Below, in pieces: positions 9,917 through 19,429 of a DNA stretch of 64,000 nucleotides (positions are counted from its first letter, which is position 1; each line of letters starts with the position of its first letter). Made by a program: the position numbers and the translations under genes. A model generated the notes under the pieces. The model was given only the letters and a program-made list of their open reading frames with translations. It did no database searches and had not been told where the DNA came from. The stretch comes from Acidobacteriota bacterium (GTDB taxonomy: Bacteria; Acidobacteriota; CAIWXX01): contig JBFMAF010000011.1 of the NCBI GenBank assembly GCA_040755995.1, positions 1 to 64,000 of the forward strand, written 5' to 3'.

Positions 9917-10131
9917 GTTGGTCTCCTTGTCTTGACAACGTCCTGGATGAGCCTTGCCTGACCCGACGCGGGCTCAGGCGTCGGATCGCGATAGGTAGTA
10001 TGCCCTAGCTGCCTGCGCTGTCAAGAGAAACCTTCAGCCACGCGGTCCGGAGGCAGTACCTTCCATCCGAGACGGAGGACACCTGAGACAGAAGGCGAGA
10101 AGGTGGCGCCGGCCGAGGGCCTGCGCACAAC

Positions 10132-10275
10132 TCAGGTGAACAGGTTCAGGTGCGGGTAGGTACGCCTGACCGATGTCGTCTTGGAGGTCTGCCTTGCTCC
10201 GGTCAGCATTACAAGCCGCCTGGCGTCAGAAACGGGCAGGAATCGCTCTACAAATCGATTCTTCAGTATTTCCAC
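10132..10275 (-). pseudogene. N-terminal fragment of an AAA_14/DUF4143-type ATP-binding protein
   Basis: Manual translation ...RRLVMLTGARQTSKTTSVRRTYPHLNLFT* with a degenerate Walker A. Confidence 0.65.
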
Positions 10276-10532
10276 GCTCACGATCGTCAGTTTCACAGCG
10301 AAATTGTCGGACTAGTAAGGGTCCGTACGACGAAGGATGCGTAGCGACCGGTGTGTTCCTCCCCTTCGGCGCGGACTCGACGAGCGCGGCGAAACTCGGG
10401 GTCCCGGGCGAGATCGTAAACCGTCACACATGCAACCCGGCTCGGAGGGATTCTCGGTCCAGACGGGTTCGACTGACAGAAGGACATCCAGCAGCACAAC
10501 AGCGCTGCCGACACCGCGGACATCCGAGTCGC

Positions 10533-11646
10533 TCAGGTCGCCTGAGTCCTTCGACTCTGGTACAGCGCCGCTTTGATCAGCCCTTCCAGGTCGCCGTCGA
10601 GGACGCGGTTGACGTCGCCGATCTCGAGCTTCGTGCGATGATCCTTCACCATCTGGTACGGCTGGAGCACGTACGAGCGGATCTGGCTTCCCCAGCTGAT
10701 GTCCTTCTTCGCATCCTCGATCTCCTGCTTGCGCTTGAGCTGCTTTTCGCGCTCGAGGTCGACCAGCCGTGACCTCAGGATCTTCATGGCCATGTCGCGG
10801 TTACGGTGCTGGCTGCGCTCGTTCTGGCACGTGACCACGATGCCGCTCGGCAAGTGCGTGATCCGAATCGCCGAATCGGTGACGTTGATGTGCTGGCCGC
10901 CGTGGCCGCTGCTGCGGTAAGTGTCCACGCGCAGGTCCTTCTCGTCTATCTCGATCTTGATGGACTCATCGACCTGCGGATAGGCGAAGACGGCGGCGAA
11001 CGAGGTGTGCCGGCGCGCGTTGCTGTCGAAGGGCGAGATGCGCACGAGACGGTGCACGCCGACCTCTTCCTTCAAGTAGCCGAACGCATAGGCTCCCTCT
11101 ACACTCACCGTCGCGCTCTTGATGCCCGCCTCTTCGCCCGGCTGCGTATCGACGATTGTCGTGACGAACTGCATGTTCTCGCAGAAGCGCAGATACATGC
11201 GGAGAAGCATCTGGGCCCAGTCCTGCGAGTCGGTGCCGCCGGAGCCGGCGTGGATTTCGAGATAGCAGTCCTTCAGGTCGGCTTCGTCGGAGAAGAGCGT
11301 CTCGAGCCTGAGCGTCTCGGCCTCGCCCTCGATCTTCTTGAGCAGCTCTTTGTAGTCAACCTCCGCCGCAGCCTCACCCTCCTCGATCAGCTCCAGCAGG
11401 GCTCCCGCATCCCCGATGTCACGCTCGAGATGGTCGAACCTTTCGAGCGTCGCCGTGAGCCGCTTCCTGTCGCGATTGAGTACCTTGAGCGCTTCCTGGT
11501 CGGACCACACGGCAGGCTCGGCCAGCCGGTGATCGATGGCGGCTACCTGATCGCGCTTGTGTCCTATCTCAAAGGAACCCTCGCAGCTCCTCGAGCAGCT
11601 TCTCTTGCTCCATCTGCCGTTGTTTCAACTCGTCAAGCATGTCCAT
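10533..11646 (-). CDS. prfB: Peptide chain release factor 2 with programmed +1 frameshift at 11569-11574
   Basis: ORF1 MDMLDELKQRQMEQEKLLEELRGFL* (25 codons) ends CGA GGG TTC CTT TGA G; +1 frame continues EIGHKRDQ...; SPF and GGQ motifs. Confidence 0.97.
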
Positions 11647-11751
11647 CTGCACTCTCCCCGGCTCCCAGCCGATACGCCCTCATTGTATCACCGGACGGCT
11701 TGAGGGGGAAAAAGATGTTGCGATTGAGTCGAGTCTTTGGAGCGCGCCACG

Positions 11752-12618
11752 CTACCGGGAGTCCATTGCGCTCATCTTGCGCAGCTCGAGCTGCGCGTAG
11801 CGCCTGCCGATCGTACGAAAGGTGCATGCGAAGAGGACCACGTAGAGGACTCCGCCTAGCAGCAGCGGGTAGTAGACGTGGTAAGGCTGACGGCCAATCA
11901 CCGAGAACAACCCCGCGGCCAGGGCAAGCGATCCGACGACACACATGAGCTTCATCATTGACAGCACGAACTGACGTCCCTTCCCAACCCCGACCAGCCA
12001 TCCCACCAGGCCGCCCGCGAGACCTCCGAATACTCCCAACAGTGCACCGATGCAACCTCCCGTCTGGGAGCTCCACCAGCCGCTGGTGTCCTCGAACGGG
12101 CTCTCTCCAGGCAGGAATTGTGCGATGCGCAGCGGGCCCACGTACACGGTGCCGCGGCCCGGGAGCACGACGTTGACGATCAGCTCGGCTGGCGCCGGCT
12201 CGCCTTCCTTGCTGAAGAACGGGAGCACGAAAGGCCGCCATCCGGACGAGCCCGTGAGCTGGCCCATCGGGCCGGTGACATCCATCGTGCGTGAGAAGTA
12301 GCGGCTGCCGGACGGGAAGACGCTCCACATCTCCATGTATCCCGCGCCCTCGACGTCCTCGTAGCGGATCTGTCCATTGATCGCCCAGACGGTTTTGCTG
12401 ATTCCGGGTGCCTTCACCGACAGAATCTGCACCGGTCGCCCGGACGCGCCGGTGATCTTCAGGCACTCCCGCACGGCGCCCGTATCCGGAACGACAACCT
12501 CGCCGGCCAACAGCTGGTCCGACGCCTTGAGCTTGCTCCACGATACCTCCGACACAACCTCCGAGCCGTGCGCAAGTGCGGTGGCCGCCAGCCCCACAAA
12601 GATCCATATGCGTTTCAT
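11752..12618 (-). CDS. Hypothetical protein with signal peptide, extracytoplasmic beta domain and three C-terminal TM helices
   Basis: MKRIWIFVGLAATALA signal; hydrophobic C-terminus; GAGGAGG RBS. Confidence 0.75.
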   Translation of the reverse strand: MKRIWIFVGLAATALAHGSEVVSEVSWSKLKASDQLLAGEVVVPDTGAVRECLKITGASGRPVQILSVKAPGISKTVWAINGQIRYEDVEGAGYMEMWSVFPSGSRYFSRTMDVTGPMGQLTGSSGWRPFVLPFFSKEGEPAPAELIVNVVLPGRGTVYVGPLRIAQFLPGESPFEDTSGWWSSQTGGCIGALLGVFGGLAGGLVGWLVGVGKGRQFVLSMMKLMCVVGSLALAAGLFSVIGRQPYHVYYPLLLGGVLYVVLFACTFRTIGRRYAQLELRKMSAMDSR

Positions 12619-12643
12619 GTGTCCCTCCTCGATGATAACGCCT

Positions 12644-12955
12644 TTACGACTGTCCGCCCCCGACCTCGCGCCGGTGAGCGTCCAGCAGAATCTTCACCGT
12701 TTCCATGTCGATCTTCCCTTCGGCGTACTGAACCCGAAGGACCTTCTCGAACTCGCTCACGATCTCACGGTCGTCGACTACCTTGATCTTCGTGATCAGC
12801 CGATCCAGCCTGAGCCGGACCGTGGGGTAGCTGACCCCGTACGCCTGTGCCAGCTCCTTCAGCGACCCTGATGCGAGAATAAGCCGCTTCATGAACGCGA
12901 GATCCTCGTCGTCGAGATAGTCGAGCCAGGTCTTGGCTCTCGTCTGTGGTTCCAT
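12644..12955 (-). CDS. DUF2089 family HTH protein
   Basis: WLDYLDDEDLAFMKRLILASGSLKELAQAYGVSYPTVRLRLDRLI. Confidence 0.88.
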   Translation of the reverse strand: MEPQTRAKTWLDYLDDEDLAFMKRLILASGSLKELAQAYGVSYPTVRLRLDRLITKIKVVDDREIVSEFEKVLRVQYAEGKIDMETVKILLDAHRREVGGGQS

Positions 12956-13002
12956 CGATTGCCCCAACATAGTTAATGTTCCATTCAACTTCATCTTGAA
13001 TA

Positions 13003-13031
13003 AATATAAAGCATACCTTAATTTTTGTCAA
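13003..13031 (-). promoter_or_regulatory. Sigma70 promoter TTGACA-N17-TATATT for the DUF2089 operon
   Basis: Near-consensus boxes with 17-nt spacer in an AT-rich patch. Confidence 0.6.
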
Positions 13032-13190
13032 GTGGCAAGCGCGAAAACTAGAGGTCTCACAGCCATGAAATCTCTCCAAGGCATGAATGATTACACAATA
13101 CAACATATGTGGTGTCCGCACAATCAGGGCAGACGGAATCGGATTGTCCCAGACTGGCTTGCGGAAGGCAATCGTCCAGCGGACCGGGCT

Positions 13191-13370
13191 TCAGGCGGAC
13201 AGGCCCTCGTTCACGAGCTGCCAAGACTTGCCTGCGTTCTGCGAGCGAAAAACACCTTGCCCCATGCCGCCCACGAATACGGTGTTGCTTTTCTTAGGAT
13301 GCACAGCCTCGACGCGGATGTCCATGCCCGAATCCATCGCAATCGCCACTATTTCCTTGACGATTGTCAC
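13191..13370 (-). pseudogene. Single BNR/Asp-box beta-propeller blade fragment
   Basis: Manual translation AVHPKKSNTVFVGGMGQGVFRSQNAGKSWQLVNEGLSA*. Confidence 0.65.
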
Positions 13371-13384
13371 ATGTTGACACGGCC

Positions 13385-13572
13385 GACAGTGTGATCCGAT
13401 CGCCGTCGGCCGTGGTAAGCTCGTGGCTGTAGCCCGCAGGTTGATCGGAGATTGCCAGCAGGTACCATCGGTCGTGGCCGGCGTCTTCGGCCTGTGGGCG
13501 CGAAGCGCCCGCCGAGATAACCAAGATAGTTGCGAACAGAACGCTTGCTTTCAAACGGAATTGCCTGCGCAT
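13385..13572 (-). pseudogene. Truncated N-terminus of a secreted protein (resembles N-termini of transglutaminase-domain proteins)
   Basis: AAAGGAG RBS, signal peptide, DRWYLLAISDQPAGYSHE, then abrupt loss of plausibility. Confidence 0.45.
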
Positions 13573-13784
13573 CGATTCTTCAGCTCCTTTGCCTGACCCT
13601 CCGCTTCGTTCTTCGTTCTAACTTCGGTCCGCATAGATTGTCTCTGACGGCGCAGGAATATTACCGGTGGACAATGCGGCGCGCGCGCAGTTGGCGCCGG
13701 CTCACGGAGATCCACATCGAAGCGCCTGCAGAACGTTGGGTTTCAAGTCCTCAACAGAAGCAGGTTCTTTCGCGATCTACAACG

Positions 13785-14792
13785 TCAAGGCAACCAGGCG
13801 CGAATCCGTTCCCAGCCTTCGTCAGGGATGTGGGCCCCGAGGACCCGGCAGACCTCCCAGCCGCACGCCGAGGCCAGGATGCCGCACCTCTCCACCGGAT
13901 ACCCCATCAGCAGGCCGAACATGAAGCCGGCGGCCCAGCAGTCGCCTGCGCCGGTAGTATCCACCACCCGGCCGTCTCCCATCGGAGCGATTCGCGTGGT
14001 CACGCCGGCTGTGCGCACGAGGCTTCCCCGCTTCCCGATCTTGAGTACCGCCATCGGCGCTCGCGCGGCAAGGGCCAAGAGTGCCTTGGTTTCGTCGGAC
14101 TCGCCGACGAACGCGCGCGCCTCCTCCTCGTTCGCGATCAGGATGTCTACGAATCGCGAGACAATGTCAGCGAGCAGCCCGCGGCACGCATCCACGACGG
14201 TGTAGCTGGCCAGGTCGAGCGACACCCGCGCGCCTGCCTCGCGCCCACGCTTCATCACGGCCGTGATCAGCTCGGGGCTGTAGGCCAGGTAGCCTTCGAT
14301 GTGCACGATACTGGCACCCTCGAACTGGTCAGGTGACAGGTCTGCGGCGGCGAACTCCGCCGACGCACCGAGGAACGTCAGCATCGAACGCTGGGCATCG
14401 GGGCTGACGATCGAAAGCACGCGGCCGGTAGGCGTCGCGCTCTGCGCAAGGAAGGTCCGTATGCCGTCTGAGCGCAGTCCGCCCTCAAAGCTCTCCCCGA
14501 TCCGATCGCTTCCGCGCCTCCCGACGAACCGTGGATCGACCGGATCCGTTCCTGCAAGCCTCGCAAGCCTTGCGACGCCGACTATGGTGTTGCACGCGGA
14601 GCCTCCGGGAACCATGACCGGTGTCGACCTGGCCTCTTTCTGGACCCTGTCGACTCGATCCGCATCGACGAGTATCATTCCACCCTTCGGCGCGTTCGCG
14701 CGCGCGAGGAATTCATCGTCTTCCTGCACGAGTATGTCCATCAACGCCGAACCCACACCCACGATGGTCTGCCGTTCATGTCCTGCTTCCAT
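13785..14792 (-). CDS. PfkB family carbohydrate/adenosine kinase
   Basis: PGGSACNT, ANEEEA and VDTTGAGD motifs. Confidence 0.93.
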   Translation of the reverse strand: MEAGHERQTIVGVGSALMDILVQEDDEFLARANAPKGGMILVDADRVDRVQKEARSTPVMVPGGSACNTIVGVARLARLAGTDPVDPRFVGRRGSDRIGESFEGGLRSDGIRTFLAQSATPTGRVLSIVSPDAQRSMLTFLGASAEFAAADLSPDQFEGASIVHIEGYLAYSPELITAVMKRGREAGARVSLDLASYTVVDACRGLLADIVSRFVDILIANEEEARAFVGESDETKALLALAARAPMAVLKIGKRGSLVRTAGVTTRIAPMGDGRVVDTTGAGDCWAAGFMFGLLMGYPVERCGILASACGWEVCRVLGAHIPDEGWERIRAWLP

Positions 14793-14824
14793 CTCTCACA
14801 TCTCCATTCGACTGTGGTTCCGTT

Positions 14825-15781
14825 TCACAGCGCGAAAGCGACGCGCAGGGCAGCGGCCATCGCTTCTATTGCATCGTTGGCCCGGCTGAACAGCCCCGGC
14901 AATGTCGCGAAGTCATGCAACACGCCCGCGTATCGGATGCAGGTCACCGGAACCTGCGACTCCTTCAGCTTCGCCGCATACGCATCGCCCTCATCACGCA
15001 ACACATCGAACTCGGCCGCCACGATCGTCGCTGGGGCGAGTCCTCTGAGGTCGCCGGCGAGAAGCGGTGAGACATCCGGATTTCGCGCCTGTTCGAGCGA
15101 CTCCAGATAGTGGTCGCGATACCAGCATATGCCGGCGGTCGAAAGCCATGGGCCATCGCCGAACATCCTGTATGATTCCGTGTCAGTCGACGACAAGTCT
15201 ACCCAAGGGCAGATGAGAAGCTGATGCGCCAAACGGGGGGACCCTCGATCCCGGCACATCCGGGCGACTACCGTCGCGAGATTGCCGCCTGCGCTATCGC
15301 CGGCCACGGCGATTCGGCTCGCGTCACCGCCGAGGCGTTCAGCGTTCGCGGCGGTCCAAAGCACGCCCTTCATTGCATCTTCCACAGCCGCGGGAAACTT
15401 GTGTTCCGGCGCCAGCCGGTAGTCCACGGAAACGACTATGCAAGGGACCTTCGTTGCGAGAAACTTGCAGAACGGATCAAACTCGTGGATGCGGCCCAGC
15501 ACGAACCCGCCTCCATGGATGAACACCAACACGGGCAGCGGCTTCTCGGCGGGTGGTGTAAGGATGTGAAGCATGATTGCGTCAGTCTGCGATTCCTGCA
15601 GCGCAACCCCGGGCGGCGGAGTGCCCAGCCAGGACGGGAGCAGAAAAACGTCGCGGGCCTGTTCCGGAGTCAACTCACATAAAGGTGTCAGCTCCGGTTG
15701 GAATATCTGCTCCAGCACCGATTCGGTTTCTGGATCGAGAGTGCCCTGCGCATACGATGCATAGAACCTGCTGGCCGTCAT
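14825..15781 (-). CDS. Alpha/beta hydrolase (HSL-family esterase)
   Basis: HGGG, DYRLAPEH, GDSAGG, DVLRDEG and catalytic His. Confidence 0.93.
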   Translation of the reverse strand: MTASRFYASYAQGTLDPETESVLEQIFQPELTPLCELTPEQARDVFLLPSWLGTPPPGVALQESQTDAIMLHILTPPAEKPLPVLVFIHGGGFVLGRIHEFDPFCKFLATKVPCIVVSVDYRLAPEHKFPAAVEDAMKGVLWTAANAERLGGDASRIAVAGDSAGGNLATVVARMCRDRGSPRLAHQLLICPWVDLSSTDTESYRMFGDGPWLSTAGICWYRDHYLESLEQARNPDVSPLLAGDLRGLAPATIVAAEFDVLRDEGDAYAAKLKESQVPVTCIRYAGVLHDFATLPGLFSRANDAIEAMAAALRVAFAL

Positions 15782-16031
15782 CTCAGTGTGTAACCTGCCA
15801 CGTTACAATATCAAATCGCGGAGCCTTCCTGCCACCGAATCTGACGAAGCCTGTGCATTGCTTCCATCTCTCCGATTCTGGTTGGCGGCGGCGCTGGGCG
15901 CGCGTGTCCCGGCGTGAAGGGAGGCTGGGAACCGCGCGAGTGGCCACCGGCTGGCGCGACGAGGAACATTCCACAGTTGCCACTCCGGATCCGTTCCGGT
16001 CTCCCAGCGTCGGATGCCGACCCCGAACTCT

Positions 16032-17402
16032 TCACTCCCGTCCCATCGCCGCGCGGCAGGTCTTCTCGTACAGGTTGCGGAAGATGTTGTCAGGATCGGT
16101 GATGGCCTTGACGGTGTCGTAGTTCCTGCGGTTGAAGATCTGCCAGAACTCGTCTTCGCTGTAATAGTTGTACGAGATCAACGTCTTGATCCCGTTCAGC
16201 TCTTGCAGCTTCTCCTCCATGAGGCGGTAGTAATTCGTGTCCCCGCGCTGTTTCATGCCGTAGATCGCGATGTCGATCATGAGCTCATCGTGAAGCCCCG
16301 TCCAGAAACGGTCGCTGAGCCATTCGTAGTCGTGGACCCGGCGGTACGGGACGACCCATAACGGGAAGTGGCCGAAGTCTTCAGCGTACCACTCGAGGAA
16401 CTCCTTCAGCCGGGAGAAGGGGAGGAAGGTGTCGACCGTGACGGTTGGGCGGTCGTCGGAGAGGAGCAGCCAGCGGAGCTTTTCGGCGAGCCTGAGGATT
16501 TCGGAAGAGCCCAGGAACTTACCAAAGAGTAGTCGGCCCAGAAACGACCTGGGGTGTACGTTGGTGACCCCCTTGTCGTAGCGGTAGAAGTAGTGCGGTG
16601 TGGTCAGGTAGTCCTCGCGACGCTTCGCCGTGCTCTGGTAGTAGACCTTCAGCCAGTCGTAGCGGTTGGTGTACGGTGCGGAATCCACGAAATCGCCGAC
16701 GCAGAGGACCAGGTGCGATGGGGAATGGATGATCCCGTCCATGAAGCCGACATCCCGGCGCTCGAAGTGAGACCAGATCGATGCCAGGTAGCTGTCGATT
16801 GACGTGTGAGTCTCGTGCCGGAGGTGGACGAACGGCTTGGCGGGGATCAGCCGGAAGACGAGCCTCGACAGGATGCCGACGGTCCCGAACGATCCGTGCA
16901 TCATCTGGAAGATCAGCGAGTGCTCGTTCTCGGGCGTGCACGTGAGCACATCGCCCTTCGCGGTGATGATCTCGTACTCGACGCACGTGTCGTGGAAGCC
17001 TCCGTATACATAGGACATGGATTCGATCGAGCAGCCCGCCACTGCGCCTCCGATGGTGATCGTCTTGAGCTCCGGGACGACGATCGGCACCAGGCCCAGA
17101 GGGAGCGTCTGATCGACCAGCCTGCAAAACGGGACTCCCGGCTCGGCAATGCATATCTTTCGCTCCGTGTCGATCTCGATGACCTCGTCGAAATCCTGCA
17201 GGTCGATCTTCTCGTCCGCGTACTTCTTGTCATGAACCTTGGGCACCTGGTGAGAGACGACTCTCTTCTGCCGAGAGAGGGGCGCCGTGCTCTTCCTCCG
17301 GCGAAGCTGCTCGGCGACCCTCGCGACCTTCAGCGCGTGCCGCGCATTTCGCTCCGTGCCCGCCGGAGTGCTTGGCCGAAGCTGTCCGGTGGGTGCCTTC
17401 AT
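16032..17402 (-). CDS. FAD-binding oxidoreductase (FAD_binding_4; delta24-sterol reductase/Rv3719-like)
   Basis: VVPELKTITIGGAVAGCSIES...GSFGTVGIL; C-terminal DPDNIFRNLYEK. Confidence 0.85.
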   Translation of the reverse strand: MKAPTGQLRPSTPAGTERNARHALKVARVAEQLRRRKSTAPLSRQKRVVSHQVPKVHDKKYADEKIDLQDFDEVIEIDTERKICIAEPGVPFCRLVDQTLPLGLVPIVVPELKTITIGGAVAGCSIESMSYVYGGFHDTCVEYEIITAKGDVLTCTPENEHSLIFQMMHGSFGTVGILSRLVFRLIPAKPFVHLRHETHTSIDSYLASIWSHFERRDVGFMDGIIHSPSHLVLCVGDFVDSAPYTNRYDWLKVYYQSTAKRREDYLTTPHYFYRYDKGVTNVHPRSFLGRLLFGKFLGSSEILRLAEKLRWLLLSDDRPTVTVDTFLPFSRLKEFLEWYAEDFGHFPLWVVPYRRVHDYEWLSDRFWTGLHDELMIDIAIYGMKQRGDTNYYRLMEEKLQELNGIKTLISYNYYSEDEFWQIFNRRNYDTVKAITDPDNIFRNLYEKTCRAAMGRE

Positions 17403-17502
17403 CGCCCAAACTCCAACGCTGTCATTTCATCCGATCGACTGCCGAGCATCCCGTTGGACGCCGATCACATCCCGCCGGATGGCATGGAAGGCGATACTAG
17501 TG

Positions 17503-17739
17503 CTACAGTCTGTCTCTCTCATCAGGCTGGACGTCCGCTACCTTGCCTATTGCGCGTCGAAATCCCTTCCGACTGCCACGCTTCGCGCGCTTGCCGAGGT
17601 ACTCCTCCGTCATGAGCGCCGATAGTTTCTCCGCCAGCGCCACCGTAATCAGCTGGTTGATGGAAATGTGTTCCTGCCGTGCCATGTCACGGACGCGCTC
17701 ATGGAGCGACTCGGGTAGTCGTAGACTGATTGTGCTCAT
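17503..17739 (-). CDS. RHH/HicB-like antitoxin
   Basis: MSTISLRLPESLHERVRDMARQEHISINQLI. Confidence 0.85.
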   Translation of the reverse strand: MSTISLRLPESLHERVRDMARQEHISINQLITVALAEKLSALMTEEYLGKRAKRGSRKGFRRAIGKVADVQPDERDRL

Positions 17740-18164
17740 TTCACCACTCCTATCTTCTGAAGGAACTCCTTCGGGGTCAGAGCGTTCAACCCGAACCGCT
17801 CGACGCCCTCAAAATCGCTCTTGTTGAAGGTCACTATGAAGTCACACTTCCCCGTGACGGCCAATTCCAAGACCATATCGTCTCTTGGGTCGCTCAGGAA
17901 AGGTCGCCAGAGGTAGTAGATCTGGCGGTGATGGGCGACCGAACAGACATAGTCCAAAATGACATCGATGTCACGCCGCGTCAGCGGAATCTCACCGACC
18001 AGCCGCTTGGCTACTGCTTCGTACTCTAACACCAACGGAACGGAGAGATTGGCTTGGTACTTGCCGCTGTCAATCAGAGACAGCAGCCGGTAGGATGCGC
18101 GTCTTCTTGATCGCAGTGCTGCGATCAAGACGTTCGTGTCGATTACAATCTGATACACAGGCAT
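17736..18164 (-). CDS. PIN-domain toxin (PIN_3 type)
   Basis: VIDTNV, LEYE, DPRDDMVLELA and IVTFNKSDF motifs. Confidence 0.9.
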   Translation of the reverse strand: MPVYQIVIDTNVLIAALRSRRRASYRLLSLIDSGKYQANLSVPLVLEYEAVAKRLVGEIPLTRRDIDVILDYVCSVAHHRQIYYLWRPFLSDPRDDMVLELAVTGKCDFIVTFNKSDFEGVERFGLNALTPKEFLQKIGVVK

Positions 18165-18165
18165 G

Positions 18166-18199
18166 GTGGTATCGTATTTGATACCACGCCAGTTGTCAA
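18166..18199 (-). promoter_or_regulatory. Promoter TTGACA-N17-TACGAT overlapped by operator GTGGTATC-N6-GATACCAC; probably leaderless transcript
   Basis: tgtcaa 18194-18199, atcgta 18171-18176, perfect 8-bp inverted repeat 18166-18187, ATG at 18164. Confidence 0.7.
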
Positions 18200-18380
18200 C
18201 TCATCCGGAACCGACGGGCTCAAAGGCGCCGTCCACGGTAGCACCGACCCTTCCCGCTCGCCAGCGCGGACCGGGAGTGTCGCCTTCGGCCAGAGGGCGC
18301 CGGTGGTGGAATCGGACTGGAACTTCACGACCGATGGAAGCTATCCGTCCTTTGCTCCGAGCCCACTACCGGCGGGTTTG

Positions 18381-18619
18381 CTACGACCGGTCCTTCGACT
18401 TGAAGCGCAGGACCTTGTGCGCGAAGACCTCCATGCGCGAGACTATGTTCGGCGGATAGGGCTGGCCGTCGTTCTCCAGTGCCAGCACCGGGTAGTCGCG
18501 CGCCTTCGCCCACGGGGCGTAGACGCCTTCGATCGGGCGGCCTGGGAGACAGCCGAAGGGAGCGATGATGACCACCACGGAGTAGCCGTCCTTCATCGCC
18601 GCCGCTCCTACCGCCGGCG
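18381..18619 (-). pseudogene. Diverged duplicate of the 3' end of the CoA-activase gene
   Basis: 18392-18619 aligns gap-free with 19465-19692 (27 mismatches in 228 nt by hand count). Confidence 0.95.
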
Positions 18620-18632
18620 GTGATCGACCCGG

Positions 18633-19127
18633 TCAGCCTTCACCGGCCTCTCGCAGGATCATCTCTGCCAACTCGTCGCCGACATAGAATCCTGCCTCGC
18701 TCTTCAGAGCGCCCAGGACTGTCTCCACGCTCGAGAGGTGTCCCATATGTTTGGCTCTGAGTGCAATGCCAAGCACGCCAACCGGCATCAGTCCCATTGT
18801 CTTGGCGATGATACGACCATCATGCTCGTCCATGAGGATTACCCTGGAGCCGGTCTGGACGGCCAGCGCAATGGCCTCGGCCTCTCCTACATCGAGATCC
18901 CGCTCCAAGGCACATGCCACGTCACGAGATCTCAACTCGACGACCTGGAGCCAGTTGGCCTCAAGAGCCCTCTTGATGGAAGCCGCACCGGGCAGATCTG
19001 ATTCGCTCTTCAATTCGGCGAGTACAGCAGGCCCGATGATCACCTCCTCAAACTGGAGCCGAATCAGCTCTAGATGATCGATGATCGCGAGGTTGAGCAG
19101 GGGAGAGGTATTACTGACCGCGGGCAT
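18633..19127 (-). CDS. DUF3368 PIN-like toxin
   Basis: VSNTSPL, LDVGEAEAIALA, ILMDE and VGVLGI motifs. Confidence 0.88.
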   Translation of the reverse strand: MPAVSNTSPLLNLAIIDHLELIRLQFEEVIIGPAVLAELKSESDLPGAASIKRALEANWLQVVELRSRDVACALERDLDVGEAEAIALAVQTGSRVILMDEHDGRIIAKTMGLMPVGVLGIALRAKHMGHLSSVETVLGALKSEAGFYVGDELAEMILREAGEG

Positions 19128-19365
19128 AGGCCACGTCGTCCTCAACATCCTCACGATCGTAGTGCCTTGGGATCATTCGCTGGCCCAACAAACGCCCGAA
19201 TTCATACCTCTTGAGTCCGCTCAGCACTTGAGCTTTCCCGAACGATAGTATCCCCTGCGCATAAAGAGATAGAGCCAACTCAACGGTCAGGCGTTGTCTC
19301 TGCTCCCCCGGCGGCAGTCGAATCGCCTGAGCGACCTCGTCGGGGATCTCAAGTTGCATGCTCAT
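19111..19365 (-). CDS. UPF0175 family antitoxin
   Basis: ELALSLYAQGILSFGKAQVLSGL...HYDREDVEDD. Confidence 0.88.
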   Translation of the reverse strand: MSMQLEIPDEVAQAIRLPPGEQRQRLTVELALSLYAQGILSFGKAQVLSGLKRYEFGRLLGQRMIPRHYDREDVEDDVAYARGQ

Positions 19366-19429
19366 GGTGCCAACCTCATGGTAGCTAGATTATATACAAA
19401 TCCCACGCACCTGAGGAGGAACCCATCGC

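Noticed and set aside
15782..15860. In-frame TGA upstream of the esterase as a selenocysteine codon
   Set aside because: The upstream peptide has no family resemblance and no SECIS-like hairpin is evident.
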